From Betaproteobacteria bacterium (GTDB lineage Bacteria > Pseudomonadota > Gammaproteobacteria > Burkholderiales > SG8-39), in contig CANIEV010000001.1 of assembly GCA_947466535.1 (NCBI GenBank), positions 12,941 to 76,940 on the forward strand: a stretch of 64,000 nucleotides of DNA, in the 5' to 3' direction. Under the pieces are notes generated by a model. It did not search any database, was not told where the DNA came from, and saw only the letters and a program-made list of their open reading frames with translations. Positions 41,413-50,289 of the stretch are shown in pieces (the first letter of the stretch is position 1; each line of letters opens with the position of its first letter). The translations under genes and the position numbers were made by a program.

Positions 41413-42990
41413 ATGGCAAGATCAGCAAAGAAAAAAGCGGCCAACAAACCGCGCAGCGCAAAGCCAGTGGCGACGCCGATTCGTGATCTGCGCGACTGGC
41501 TGAAGCGGGTGGAAGACATCGGCGAGCTGCTGCGCATTTCCGAGCCGGTTGATACGGAAGAAGAGATGAGCGCGGTGTCCTATCTCGTCGCCAAACAGAC
41601 GCCGAGCCCGGCGATTCTTTTCGACAATCCTCTCGGTTTCGAAAACGACCGTGTCGGCGCAAGCCTGCTCTGGAACATCCTCGGCCCCAGCCTGCGTCGC
41701 GTCGCGCTGACCTTCGAAGAGTCGCCCGACACGCACGCGGTCGAGCTGATTCGCCGGGTCAAGGACAAGCTCAAGCAGCGCATCCCGCCGCGCGAGGTCC
41801 CGCGCGCGACGGCGCCGCTTTACGAGAATACGCTCACCGGCAAGGACATCGACCTTCGCAAGCTGCCAATCCCGAAGCACTGGCCGCTTGACGGCGGTCG
41901 CTATGCGGGTACCGCCGATGCGGTGATCACCCGCGACCCGGACAGCGGTTACCTGAACGTCGGCACCTACCGGATGATGATTCAGGGCAAGCGCGAGGCC
42001 GGGCTGTATCTGTCACCCGGCAAGGACGCGCGTCTGCATATCAATCGCGCCTGGCAGAAGGGCGAAGCGATCCACGTCGCTGCGGCCTGGGGCATCGATC
42101 CGCTTTTCATGGTGGTCGGCTCGCAGACCTTTGCCAAGAACGTGTCCGAATACGAGTTCGCCGGCGGCATCAAGGGCGAGGCGGTGCCGGTGGTTCGTGC
42201 CCTGCATTCCGATCTCCTGTTGCCCGCGAACGCGGAACTCGTGATCGAGGGCATCATCCGACCGGGTTCGGTGAAGACCGAGGGCCCCTTTGGCGAATTC
42301 ACCGGCTATTACGGGAAGCCCGAAGGCGAATGCCCGCTGGTCGAAGTCACTGCGGTGCACTACCGGAACAAGCCGGTTCTTACCAACGCGCTGATGGCGG
42401 ATCATCCGTCCAACGAGCAGGGCACCTTTGTTGCTGTGATCCGCTCGGCCAAGATCTGGGACGATCTCGACAAGCTCGGCATCCCGGGCATCCACGGTGT
42501 GTACACCCACCCTGCGGCAGCGGGCGGTATCGGCATGACGGTGATCAGCGTCGAGCAGCGCTACGCGGGCCATGCGGCGCAGGTGCTGGCGCTTGCGGCG
42601 CAGGTGCCCGGCGGGGCCTATTACACCAAGTGGATCATCGCGGTGGACGAGGATGTCGATCCCACCGACATCAACCAGGTCATCTCGGCGATGGCGACGC
42701 GCTGCAACCCGATCGACGACATCGACATCCTGCGCAATACCTGGAGCACATGGCTCGACCCGACGCAGAATCCACCCGAGAAACGTCCCTACGGCTCGAA
42801 GGCGTTGATCAACGCCTGCAAGGAACACCGTCACCTCGCGAACTTCTCCAAACGCACGACCCTGCGCAAGGAAACCTACGATCGGGTTGCCGCGCGCTGG
42901 AAGGAACTCGGTCTGCCGGGCACGATTCCGTCGGTACGCGCTTACGAGACCGACACGAAGATAAAAAATGCGAAATCCGGAAAGCGCTGA
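41413..42990 (+). CDS. UbiD-family (prenylated-FMN-dependent) aromatic acid decarboxylase
   Basis: IRDLRDWLKRVEDIGELLRI follows a Lys-rich 20-aa extension. UbiD-like sequence throughout (GPFGEFTGYYG). 525 aa. Confidence 0.9.
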   Translation: MARSAKKKAANKPRSAKPVATPIRDLRDWLKRVEDIGELLRISEPVDTEEEMSAVSYLVAKQTPSPAILFDNPLGFENDRVGASLLWNILGPSLRRVALTFEESPDTHAVELIRRVKDKLKQRIPPREVPRATAPLYENTLTGKDIDLRKLPIPKHWPLDGGRYAGTADAVITRDPDSGYLNVGTYRMMIQGKREAGLYLSPGKDARLHINRAWQKGEAIHVAAAWGIDPLFMVVGSQTFAKNVSEYEFAGGIKGEAVPVVRALHSDLLLPANAELVIEGIIRPGSVKTEGPFGEFTGYYGKPEGECPLVEVTAVHYRNKPVLTNALMADHPSNEQGTFVAVIRSAKIWDDLDKLGIPGIHGVYTHPAAAGGIGMTVISVEQRYAGHAAQVLALAAQVPGGAYYTKWIIAVDEDVDPTDINQVISAMATRCNPIDDIDILRNTWSTWLDPTQNPPEKRPYGSKALINACKEHRHLANFSKRTTLRKETYDRVAARWKELGLPGTIPSVRAYETDTKIKNAKSGKR

Positions 42991-43040
42991 ACGACATTCA
43001 CCAACCGCAATCACCATCAGCATTCACTGAGGGAGCATCC

Positions 43041-44030
43041 ATGCAGGTCGTCGCAAAGAGGTTACCGGACTGGCTCGCGCGGTCGACGGGTGTACTTGCT
43101 TCAGTTTTGATTGCGACGGGTGCCGTGGCCCAGGGCTTTCCGTCCCGGGCGGTCACGATCGTTGTGCCGTTCACGGTCGGCACCGGGGTCGACATCATCG
43201 GCCGCAGTGTCGGGCAGAAGCTCGCGGAACGCTGGGGTCAGGCGGTAGTTGTCGACAACAAGGCGGGCGCGAGCGGCACGGTCGGCGGCAGCATCGTCGC
43301 GCGCGCGACGCCGGACGGCCACACCTTGCTGCTCACCTCCAATGCGTTTCTCATGACGACGCTGCTGACAAAGACGACGCCCTTCGATCCGATGCGCGAT
43401 TTCGAGCCGATCTCCTACATGGGTTCTGCATGGCTGATGGTGGTCGCAAACCCCGGCACGAAGCTCGAGAGCATCGCCGACCTGATCCGAACAGCGAAAG
43501 CGCAGCCCGGCGGACTCGCCTATGCATCGACCGGGACCGGTACGCCACAGCACATGGCCGTGGAAATGTTCAAGAACCTCACCGGCACGAACCTGTTGCA
43601 TGTGCCCTACAAGGGGACGGCGCCCGCGGTCACCGACCTGATCAGCGGGCAGGTGCAACTGATGTTCCTGCCGGTGCATGTGTCGCTGCCGCATGTGAAG
43701 GCAGGGCGGATGCGCGCGCTCGCGGTCGCAAGTCCCGATAGACATCCGACCGCGCCGGATGTGCCGACGCTCAAGGAACTCGGCGTTCCCGGCGCCGAGG
43801 TCGTGGTCTGGTACGGCCTGCTTGCACCGAAGGGGACGCCGCGCGATACCGTGGCGCGGATCGTCGCGGACTACCGCGCCGTCGCCGCACTACCCGATGT
43901 GAAGCAGTCGGCGGCGTCGCAGGGTATCGATCTGGTAAGCACCACGCCGACCGAGTTCGCCGCCTTCATGGAAAACGAACTCGTGCGCTGGCCGAAGGTG
44001 ATTCGCGAGGGCGGCATCAAGGCTGACTGA
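43041..44030 (+). CDS. Bug/TctC-family periplasmic substrate-binding protein
   Basis: Signal peptide, then QGFPSRAVTIVVPFTVGTGVDIIGR, VVVDNKAGASG and the C-terminal TPTEFAAFMENELVRWPKVIREGGIKAD. The longer ORF from 42330 is an out-of-frame overlap with the UbiD gene. Confidence 0.92.
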   Translation: MQVVAKRLPDWLARSTGVLASVLIATGAVAQGFPSRAVTIVVPFTVGTGVDIIGRSVGQKLAERWGQAVVVDNKAGASGTVGGSIVARATPDGHTLLLTSNAFLMTTLLTKTTPFDPMRDFEPISYMGSAWLMVVANPGTKLESIADLIRTAKAQPGGLAYASTGTGTPQHMAVEMFKNLTGTNLLHVPYKGTAPAVTDLISGQVQLMFLPVHVSLPHVKAGRMRALAVASPDRHPTAPDVPTLKELGVPGAEVVVWYGLLAPKGTPRDTVARIVADYRAVAALPDVKQSAASQGIDLVSTTPTEFAAFMENELVRWPKVIREGGIKAD

Positions 44031-44094
44031 TTACGGAATCCAATATGTCCGCAGCATGGTGCCGTGGAACAATACGACGGGGAATGAAGATCCA

Positions 44095-44925
44095 ATGAGC
44101 GACAACAATCCTGAAATCGGCAAGTCGATTTCCACCGCGGGATACAAGACCAACTATCACGATCAGGGCAGCGGTGCCCCGGTGCTGATGCTGCACGGGT
44201 CGGGGGCGGGAGTCACCGGTTGGGCGAACTGGAGAGGGCAGATTCCCGCCCTCGCGCCGAATTTTCGCGTGATCGCCCCCGATCTTGTCGGCTTTGGTTA
44301 TACCGAGCGGCCGCCAGGATTCGAATACCGGTTCATGGACACCTGGGTGGAGCAGACGATAGCTCTGCTGGACGCTCTGGGATTGGAGAAGGCACACATT
44401 GTCGGCAATTCGTTCGGCGGCTCGCTCGCGCTTGCGCTCGCGGTGCAGGTTCCGGCGCGCGTGGGGCGCATCGTGCTGATGGGTTCGGGCGGTGTGGCGG
44501 CTGAGGTTACGCCCGAGCTGAACGAGCTCTGGGCCTACAAGCCCTCGCCTGCGAACATGAAAAAGATCATGTCGATCATGGCCTACAACCAGAGCCTGGT
44601 GAGTGACGAGATCGCCGAGATGCGCTATCGCGCGACCATCCGGCCGGGCGTGCAGGAAGCGTTCGAGCATCTTTTCCCGGTGCCGCGCCAGCGCTGGCTG
44701 GATGCGCAGATCGTCGCCGACGAGAAACTGCGCGCCCTCCCGCACTCCGTGATGATCGTCCACGGTCGTGAGGACAGGGTGGTCCCGGTTGCGGTGTCGC
44801 ATCGGCTGTTCGAAGTCATCCCCAGGGCGCAGTTGCACCTCTTCGGAGAATGCGGGCACTGGACGATGATCGAGCACCGGGATCGTTTCAATCGGTTGGT
44901 GGCGGACTTCTTCTCCGAGCCGTAA
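44095..44925 (+). CDS. Alpha/beta hydrolase, 2-hydroxymuconate-semialdehyde / 2-hydroxy-6-oxodienoate hydrolase-like
   Basis: VLMLHGSGAGVTGWANW, nucleophile elbow GNSFGG, and C-terminal ECGHWTMIEH (catalytic His). Confidence 0.88.
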   Translation: MSDNNPEIGKSISTAGYKTNYHDQGSGAPVLMLHGSGAGVTGWANWRGQIPALAPNFRVIAPDLVGFGYTERPPGFEYRFMDTWVEQTIALLDALGLEKAHIVGNSFGGSLALALAVQVPARVGRIVLMGSGGVAAEVTPELNELWAYKPSPANMKKIMSIMAYNQSLVSDEIAEMRYRATIRPGVQEAFEHLFPVPRQRWLDAQIVADEKLRALPHSVMIVHGREDRVVPVAVSHRLFEVIPRAQLHLFGECGHWTMIEHRDRFNRLVADFFSEP

Positions 44926-44965
44926 GCGTGCACGCGTCGGCGCGGAAACCACAGGGAGGTGTCGG

Positions 44966-45943
44966 ATGAATCACCTAACGATATGCATCTGCAGTGGGTT
45001 GTTATCCGCAATCGGCGCACTCATCAGTCCGGCAGCGTTGGCGCAGGCATTCCCGAACCGGCCTGTGCGGGTGATCGTCCCATACCCGCCCGGAGGCGGT
45101 ACCGATGTGCTCGCCCGCGTGGCCTCGCTGAAGCTCGGCGAGCGCCTCGGCCAGACGGTGGTGGTCGAGAATCGTACGGGCGCATCCGGCAACATCGGAA
45201 CAGACCTGGTGATCAAGTCCGCGCCTGACGGATACACGCTTCTCTTCAACAACGAGACGCTTGCGGTCGGCCCCAATGTATCTAAGAACGTTCCCTACGA
45301 TGTGATGCGCGATCTCGCCCCGGTCGGGCTGGTCGCATCCAGCGATCTGGTGATCGGTGTGCATCCTTCGGTTGCGGCAAAGTCGATTTCCGAACTGGTT
45401 GCGGCGGCGCGCGCACAACCGGGCAAGTTTTCCTACTCGAGCTGCGGCAACGGGACCATCATGCATCTCGCGGGCGAGTTGCTGAAGCAGTCCGCGGGAA
45501 TCGACATGACCCACGTTGCCTATCGCGGCTGCGGTCCGGCGATACAGGACAGCGCCTCGGGTCAGGTACCGGTGTTTGTCAATACGCTGCCCAATGTGGC
45601 ACCGCTTGAAAAGCAGGGACGCGTGCGAATGCTTGCGATCACCTCGGCGAAGCGCTCCAGCCACGCGCCGGACCTGCCGACGGTCGCGGAATCGGGCATC
45701 GCGGGTTACGAAGCGACATCCTGGTACGGCTTTTTCGCACCGGCAGCGACGCCGCGCGACGTCGTGGGCAGGTTGTCGACCGCCCTTGCCGAAGCGGTGA
45801 ACTCCACCGAAGTCCGCGAAAGGGTTCGTGGAATGCTCTACGAGCCGCGCACCACCACGCCGGACGAACTCGGCGCAATGCTGCGCGCCGAACTTGCGCG
45901 TTGGTCCCGCGTCGCGAAATCCGCGCGCATCGAGATTGACTGA
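44966..45943 (+). CDS. Bug/TctC-family periplasmic substrate-binding protein
   Basis: QAFPNRPVRVIVPYPPGGGTDVLAR, VVVENRTGASGN and the C-terminal TPDELGAMLRAELARWSRVAKSARIEID. Confidence 0.92.
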   Translation: MNHLTICICSGLLSAIGALISPAALAQAFPNRPVRVIVPYPPGGGTDVLARVASLKLGERLGQTVVVENRTGASGNIGTDLVIKSAPDGYTLLFNNETLAVGPNVSKNVPYDVMRDLAPVGLVASSDLVIGVHPSVAAKSISELVAAARAQPGKFSYSSCGNGTIMHLAGELLKQSAGIDMTHVAYRGCGPAIQDSASGQVPVFVNTLPNVAPLEKQGRVRMLAITSAKRSSHAPDLPTVAESGIAGYEATSWYGFFAPAATPRDVVGRLSTALAEAVNSTEVRERVRGMLYEPRTTTPDELGAMLRAELARWSRVAKSARIEID

Positions 45944-45951
45944 GGTCCACT

Positions 45952-46932
45952 ATGTCGCGTCTGCGATTGCGCCTTGCCTGCTGGGATTACGACCGCACCC
46001 GCGCGTTGCGGGAGGGATCGCTGCAGCCCGAAGGCATCGAACTCGATTACCTGTCCCTGCCGGTCGAACAGACGTTCTCGCGGATGCTGAAGACCGGAGA
46101 ATTCGATGTGTCGGAGATGTCGCTCTCGGCCGTCGCCTCCTCGCTGGACGAGGCGACGCCGCCCTTCGTTGCGATCCCGGTGTTTCCCTCGCGGATCTTT
46201 CGGCATTCCTCGATCTACGTGTCCGAAGCGGCCGGGATCCATGCTCCTTCGGACCTGAAAGGACGCCGCATCGGCGTGCCGCACTATCCGATGACTGCGG
46301 CGGTATGGATTCGGGGCTTGATGGGAGATGACCACGGTGTGCGGCCGGGAGACGTCGACTACGTGGTCGGCGGACTCGACTCGCCCACGCCAATGGATCT
46401 TCCGCCACCGCCTGCAAATCTGCCGGTGAAAATTGAAATCACGCCACAGGGCGACACCCTTGCGGCGATGCTGGCACGCGGTGACCTCGCCGGACTTTAT
46501 ACCGCGCGGATACCCGGGAACTTCGGAGCGAAGTTTGGCGTGAAGCGCCTGTTTTCCGAATACCGCAGCGTGGAAATCGACTATCTGCGACGCACCCGCA
46601 TTTTTCCGATCATGCACACGGTGGTGATACGCCGGGACGTGTACGAGGAGCATCCTTGGGTGGCGGAGTCGCTGTTCAGGGCTTTCGAAGAAGCGAAGCG
46701 TCGGTCACAGGCCGAGTTGTACGACACGGACGCCCTGCGGGTGATGCTTCCGTGGCTGACTGACGAAATCGAAATCCTGCGTGACGTCCTCGGCGCCGAC
46801 TGGTGGCCGTATGGCCTGGGCGCCAACCGCCATGTCATTGACACGTTCCTGCGCTATCACCATGAGCAGGGCTTTTCCACGCGCTTGCATTCGGCCAACG
46901 TGTTCTTTGCAAGTGAACTGCGCAACACCTGA
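45952..46932 (+). CDS. 4,5-dihydroxyphthalate decarboxylase-like protein (paralogue of 20232-21209)
   Basis: MSRLRLRLACWDYDRTRALREGSLQPEGIELDYLSLPVEQTFSRMLKTGEFDVSEMSLS matches the family N-terminus as I remember it. Confidence 0.6.
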   Translation: MSRLRLRLACWDYDRTRALREGSLQPEGIELDYLSLPVEQTFSRMLKTGEFDVSEMSLSAVASSLDEATPPFVAIPVFPSRIFRHSSIYVSEAAGIHAPSDLKGRRIGVPHYPMTAAVWIRGLMGDDHGVRPGDVDYVVGGLDSPTPMDLPPPPANLPVKIEITPQGDTLAAMLARGDLAGLYTARIPGNFGAKFGVKRLFSEYRSVEIDYLRRTRIFPIMHTVVIRRDVYEEHPWVAESLFRAFEEAKRRSQAELYDTDALRVMLPWLTDEIEILRDVLGADWWPYGLGANRHVIDTFLRYHHEQGFSTRLHSANVFFASELRNT

Positions 46933-46955
46933 GCAGGGCACTTCGCTTTCTGCGC

Positions 46956-48185
46956 TTAGCGGTTAACCGAGGCCTTGTCCGCGCCGGCAATTTTCCGGTA
47001 GCGCTCGAGGGCGGCATCGAGTTCCGCCGGGCTAATCACGTCCTCCAGTCGCTCGAAGGGCTTGCCGCCGGTGCGTTCCTCGACGATGCTGATCACCACA
47101 TCCGGCGGTTCGCTGCGGTTGGTGCGCACGATCTTCGCGGTGCGTTCGAGGCGCTCCCCTTCATAGGCGAGCAGGGCCGCTTCTACATCCGTTTCAAGAA
47201 CAAGCGCATTGACCAGCGCATCCGCATCGAGGATCGATTGCGCCGCGCCGTTGCCGCCGCGCGGATACATCGGGTGTGCCGCATCGCCAAGCAGCGTGAT
47301 TCGGCCGAAGCTCCAGCGCGCCACCGGGTCACGATCGACCATCGGGTACTCGAGGATCATCTCCGCATCGCGGAACAACTGAGGGATGTCCAGCCAGTCG
47401 AAGGTCTGGTTCTCGAAGTAGCCGATGAAATCCTCCAGCCGGCCAACCGCGCTCCAGTCGTTCTTCGCAGCGACGTCCGTCTGTACTTCCGCAACCCAGT
47501 TGATGAGTTGGGTTCCGTCGGGGAAGTTGCGAATCGGGTAGATGACCATCTTGCCGGTGGCAAGAGTCCCGACCCGCGCATGGGTTCGACCCCCGAGAAA
47601 GGGCTTGCGCCGCGTCATGCCGCGCCACATGTTGATTCCGGCGAATGCGGGCGGGCCCTCGTCGGGATAGAACTGGCGGCGCACCGCGGAGTGGATGCCA
47701 TCGCAGGCGATCGCGACCGCCCCGCGTGCTGGCGCGCGATGCCGGCCGTCCGGGCCATCCGCGAAATGTACCGTGACACCGTCGGCGTCCTGGTCGACGC
47801 GGATGCAGCGATGCCCGGTGATGACCGAATCGGTTCCGAGCCGTTCCTTCACCGCGTCGAACAGGACAAGATGCAGGTCGCCGCGATGAATGGAATACTG
47901 CGGAAGGTCGTATCCCGCCGATCGTCCGGCGGGTTCGGTGTGGACGCGCTGGCCCCAGCGATTGAAATAGCTTCGCGTTTGCGGCTCGCATGCGACGGCG
48001 CCCAGCCTGTCGAGCAGTCCGAGCTTCGCGAGTTCGCGCGTGGCGTGCGGCAGGAGATTGATGCCGACGCCGAGCGCCTTGATCTCGGGTGTCGATTCGT
48101 AGACCCGGCAGGGGATTCCGGCGCGATGCAGAAAGAGCGCGAGGGTGAGCCCGCCGATGCCGCCTCCGACAATGATCACGTCCAT
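46956..48185 (-). CDS. FAD-dependent aromatic hydroxylase (salicylate / 3-hydroxybenzoate hydroxylase-like, group A flavoprotein monooxygenase)
   Basis: MDVIIVGGGIGGLTLAL, IACDGIHSAVR and LLGDAAHPMYPRGGNGAAQSILDA. AAGGA SD precedes ATG 48185; the ORF extension to 48416 overlaps the upstream Bug gene out of frame. Confidence 0.9.
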   Translation of the reverse strand: MDVIIVGGGIGGLTLALFLHRAGIPCRVYESTPEIKALGVGINLLPHATRELAKLGLLDRLGAVACEPQTRSYFNRWGQRVHTEPAGRSAGYDLPQYSIHRGDLHLVLFDAVKERLGTDSVITGHRCIRVDQDADGVTVHFADGPDGRHRAPARGAVAIACDGIHSAVRRQFYPDEGPPAFAGINMWRGMTRRKPFLGGRTHARVGTLATGKMVIYPIRNFPDGTQLINWVAEVQTDVAAKNDWSAVGRLEDFIGYFENQTFDWLDIPQLFRDAEMILEYPMVDRDPVARWSFGRITLLGDAAHPMYPRGGNGAAQSILDADALVNALVLETDVEAALLAYEGERLERTAKIVRTNRSEPPDVVISIVEERTGGKPFERLEDVISPAELDAALERYRKIAGADKASVNR

Positions 48186-48193
48186 GCGTCCTT

Positions 48194-49189
48194 TCAGTCG
48201 GGCCGAATGCCCGAGCGCTTGATGATTTCCGCATTGCTGCGCAGTTCGTTCCGGATCATCTCGCCGAGTTCGGCAGGCGTTGATGTCGCTGGTTCGAAGC
48301 CAAACGCGGCAAAGCGTTCGCGAACCTCCGCGTCGGCAAGCACTTTCGACACGTCGCGATTGATGAAGGCGACGATATCGGGTGGCGTACCTTTGGGCGC
48401 GAGGAAGGCGACCCACGCGCTGATCTCCAGGCCGGCGGGTCCGCCAGCCTCCTCGAAAGTGGGTATGTCGGGTCGGGATGCCGAGCGATGCCTGGACGCC
48501 ACGGCGAGAAACTTCACTTTTCCATTGCGCAGGAATCCGCCCGCGGTTGCGGGTGTGGTGAAGGACCAGGAGAGATCATTGTTGCTGAGCGCGCTGAAAA
48601 GAGGTCCGTTCTCGCGAAAGGCGATCTGCGTGGTCTGCGCGCCGATCAGCAGATCCAGCGTCGCCCCGCCGATATGCGCAGGGCTTCCGATGTAGGGGAC
48701 CGCCGCGATCATCCTTCCCGGCTGCGCCTTCGCCGAAGCGATGACATCGCGCACGCTCGAAAACGGTCCGTTGCTCGAAACCGCAAGAAAGAACGGCGTA
48801 CGGTAGAGCAAGGCCACCGGAACGAAATCGCGTTCCGGGTCGTAGGGGACAGACTTCAGAAACGACGGGTTGATCGTGAGTTGGGCATTTCCCGAGAGCA
48901 GCAGATCGTGTCCGTCGGGCTGCGCCTTCTTCACCGCGTCGAAGGCGAGAAAGCCGCTCGCGCCTGGCCGCGAATCGACGATCACCTGGTGCTTCCAGAG
49001 TTTCGAGAATCGGTCGGCGAACAGCCGAGCGACCAGATCCGGTCCGCCTCCGCTGGAATAGGGCTCGGTGATCCGCACGAGCTTTTGCGGGAAATTCTGG
49101 GCCCATGCGCAGTTGCCGGCAATCGCGACCGCTGCAGCGACTGAGCCCTGTAGCAGGCACCGCAGCAAAGCGGACATGTTGCGGATCAT
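48194..49189 (-). CDS. Bug/TctC-family periplasmic substrate-binding protein
   Basis: Signal peptide, then QNFPQKLVRITEPYSSGGGPDLVAR and the C-terminal TPAELGEMIRNELRSNAEIIKRSGIRPD. The ATG overlaps the upstream stop (ATGA). Confidence 0.9.
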   Translation of the reverse strand: MIRNMSALLRCLLQGSVAAAVAIAGNCAWAQNFPQKLVRITEPYSSGGGPDLVARLFADRFSKLWKHQVIVDSRPGASGFLAFDAVKKAQPDGHDLLLSGNAQLTINPSFLKSVPYDPERDFVPVALLYRTPFFLAVSSNGPFSSVRDVIASAKAQPGRMIAAVPYIGSPAHIGGATLDLLIGAQTTQIAFRENGPLFSALSNNDLSWSFTTPATAGGFLRNGKVKFLAVASRHRSASRPDIPTFEEAGGPAGLEISAWVAFLAPKGTPPDIVAFINRDVSKVLADAEVRERFAAFGFEPATSTPAELGEMIRNELRSNAEIIKRSGIRPD

Positions 49190-50172
49190 TGCGTCACGCC
49201 CATCACGTCGGGCTGGATGTTCGCATCGCGGATCACCTTCTGGTATTGCGCGCGCTCTTTTTTCATCGTCTGTGCAAGGGCTTCGGGACTGCCCCCTTGG
49301 GCAACGACCCCGATGTCGCGCAGCCGGGAAATCGTATCCGCCACCTGAAGCTGCTGGTTTATATCGCGATTCACCTTGGCGACGATAGCCGCGGGTGTGC
49401 CGGCCGGAGCAACGACCGCGAACCAGCCGGAGATCACGAACCCCGGCAGCGTATCGATGGCGAGAGGGATGTTCTCCATGCCTTCGAGCTTTTGCGGTGC
49501 GGTGAGAGCGATCGCCCGGATTCTTCCGGTCTTTACCGCACCGATCAGCGATGTTGCTCCGTCGATCAGTATCTGCACCTGCCCGCCCATCGTGTCCTGT
49601 ATCGCCTGGGCGGTGGAACGGTAAGGCACATGCAGCGTTCTGATACCCGCGGTGCTGTTGAGCAGTTCGCCGGTGAGGTGGGGCACATTCTTCGCATTGG
49701 GCGTTGCGAAGCTCAGTTTTCCGGGCTGCGCTTTCGCCAGCTTGATCAGTTCGTCGAGCGTCTTTGCCGGTACGTCATTTGCCACCGTGATCAGCATCGG
49801 TGAATAACCGACAAACCCGATCGGCACGAAATCCTTCTCGATATCGTACGGCAGTGACTTGATCGAGTAGGGGCTGATGGTCAGCGCCGCGGCATGCGTG
49901 AAGAGAAGGTTGTGGCCATCGGGCGCCGCGCGTGCGCCCGCTTCCATGCCGATGACCGTATTTCCGCCGGGCCGATTGTCGACCACGATCTGCTTGCCCC
50001 AGGCGCCGACGAGCTTGTCTGCCATGATGCGCGCGGCGATATCGGGCGAGCTGCCGGCGGATGCGGGAACGATCAGCCGGACGGACCGTGCCGGCCACTC
50101 CTGAGCCTGCACGGTGCTGCTGCACGCAAGCGACAAGACTACGACTGCGAGTACGGATAAAGGCTTTCGCAC
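49186..50172 (-). CDS. Bug/TctC-family periplasmic substrate-binding protein
   Basis: AAGGAGGAGG SD lies 5 nt before GTG 50172 (MRKPLSVLAVVVLSLACSSTVQAQEWPARSVRLIVPASAGSSPDIAAR). C-terminal SPEALAQTMKKERAQYQKVIRDANIQPD. Confidence 0.9.
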   Translation of the reverse strand: MRKPLSVLAVVVLSLACSSTVQAQEWPARSVRLIVPASAGSSPDIAARIMADKLVGAWGKQIVVDNRPGGNTVIGMEAGARAAPDGHNLLFTHAAALTISPYSIKSLPYDIEKDFVPIGFVGYSPMLITVANDVPAKTLDELIKLAKAQPGKLSFATPNAKNVPHLTGELLNSTAGIRTLHVPYRSTAQAIQDTMGGQVQILIDGATSLIGAVKTGRIRAIALTAPQKLEGMENIPLAIDTLPGFVISGWFAVVAPAGTPAAIVAKVNRDINQQLQVADTISRLRDIGVVAQGGSPEALAQTMKKERAQYQKVIRDANIQPDVMGVTQ

Positions 50173-50289
50173 CTTGACCTCCTCCTTTGTGTCCGGATCT
50201 CTCGGCACATCTGCGGTGCGCGGGGCCGACGTCGCGCATTCTAGTGCCCGTGCGGATTTCGGTCCGACGACGTCATTGTGCGTTCGGAT

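Noticed and set aside
42330-43040. N-terminal 237-aa extension of the Bug ORF 42330-44030
   Set aside because: It overlaps the 3' third of the UbiD gene out of frame and is Arg/Gly/His-rich nonsense. The Bug protein has its own SD-like GGGAG and a signal peptide starting at ATG 43041. Similar upstream extensions were trimmed for ORFs 36786, 38030, 38989, 28255, 46956-48416, 58921, 20172, 22262 and 6714-8174.
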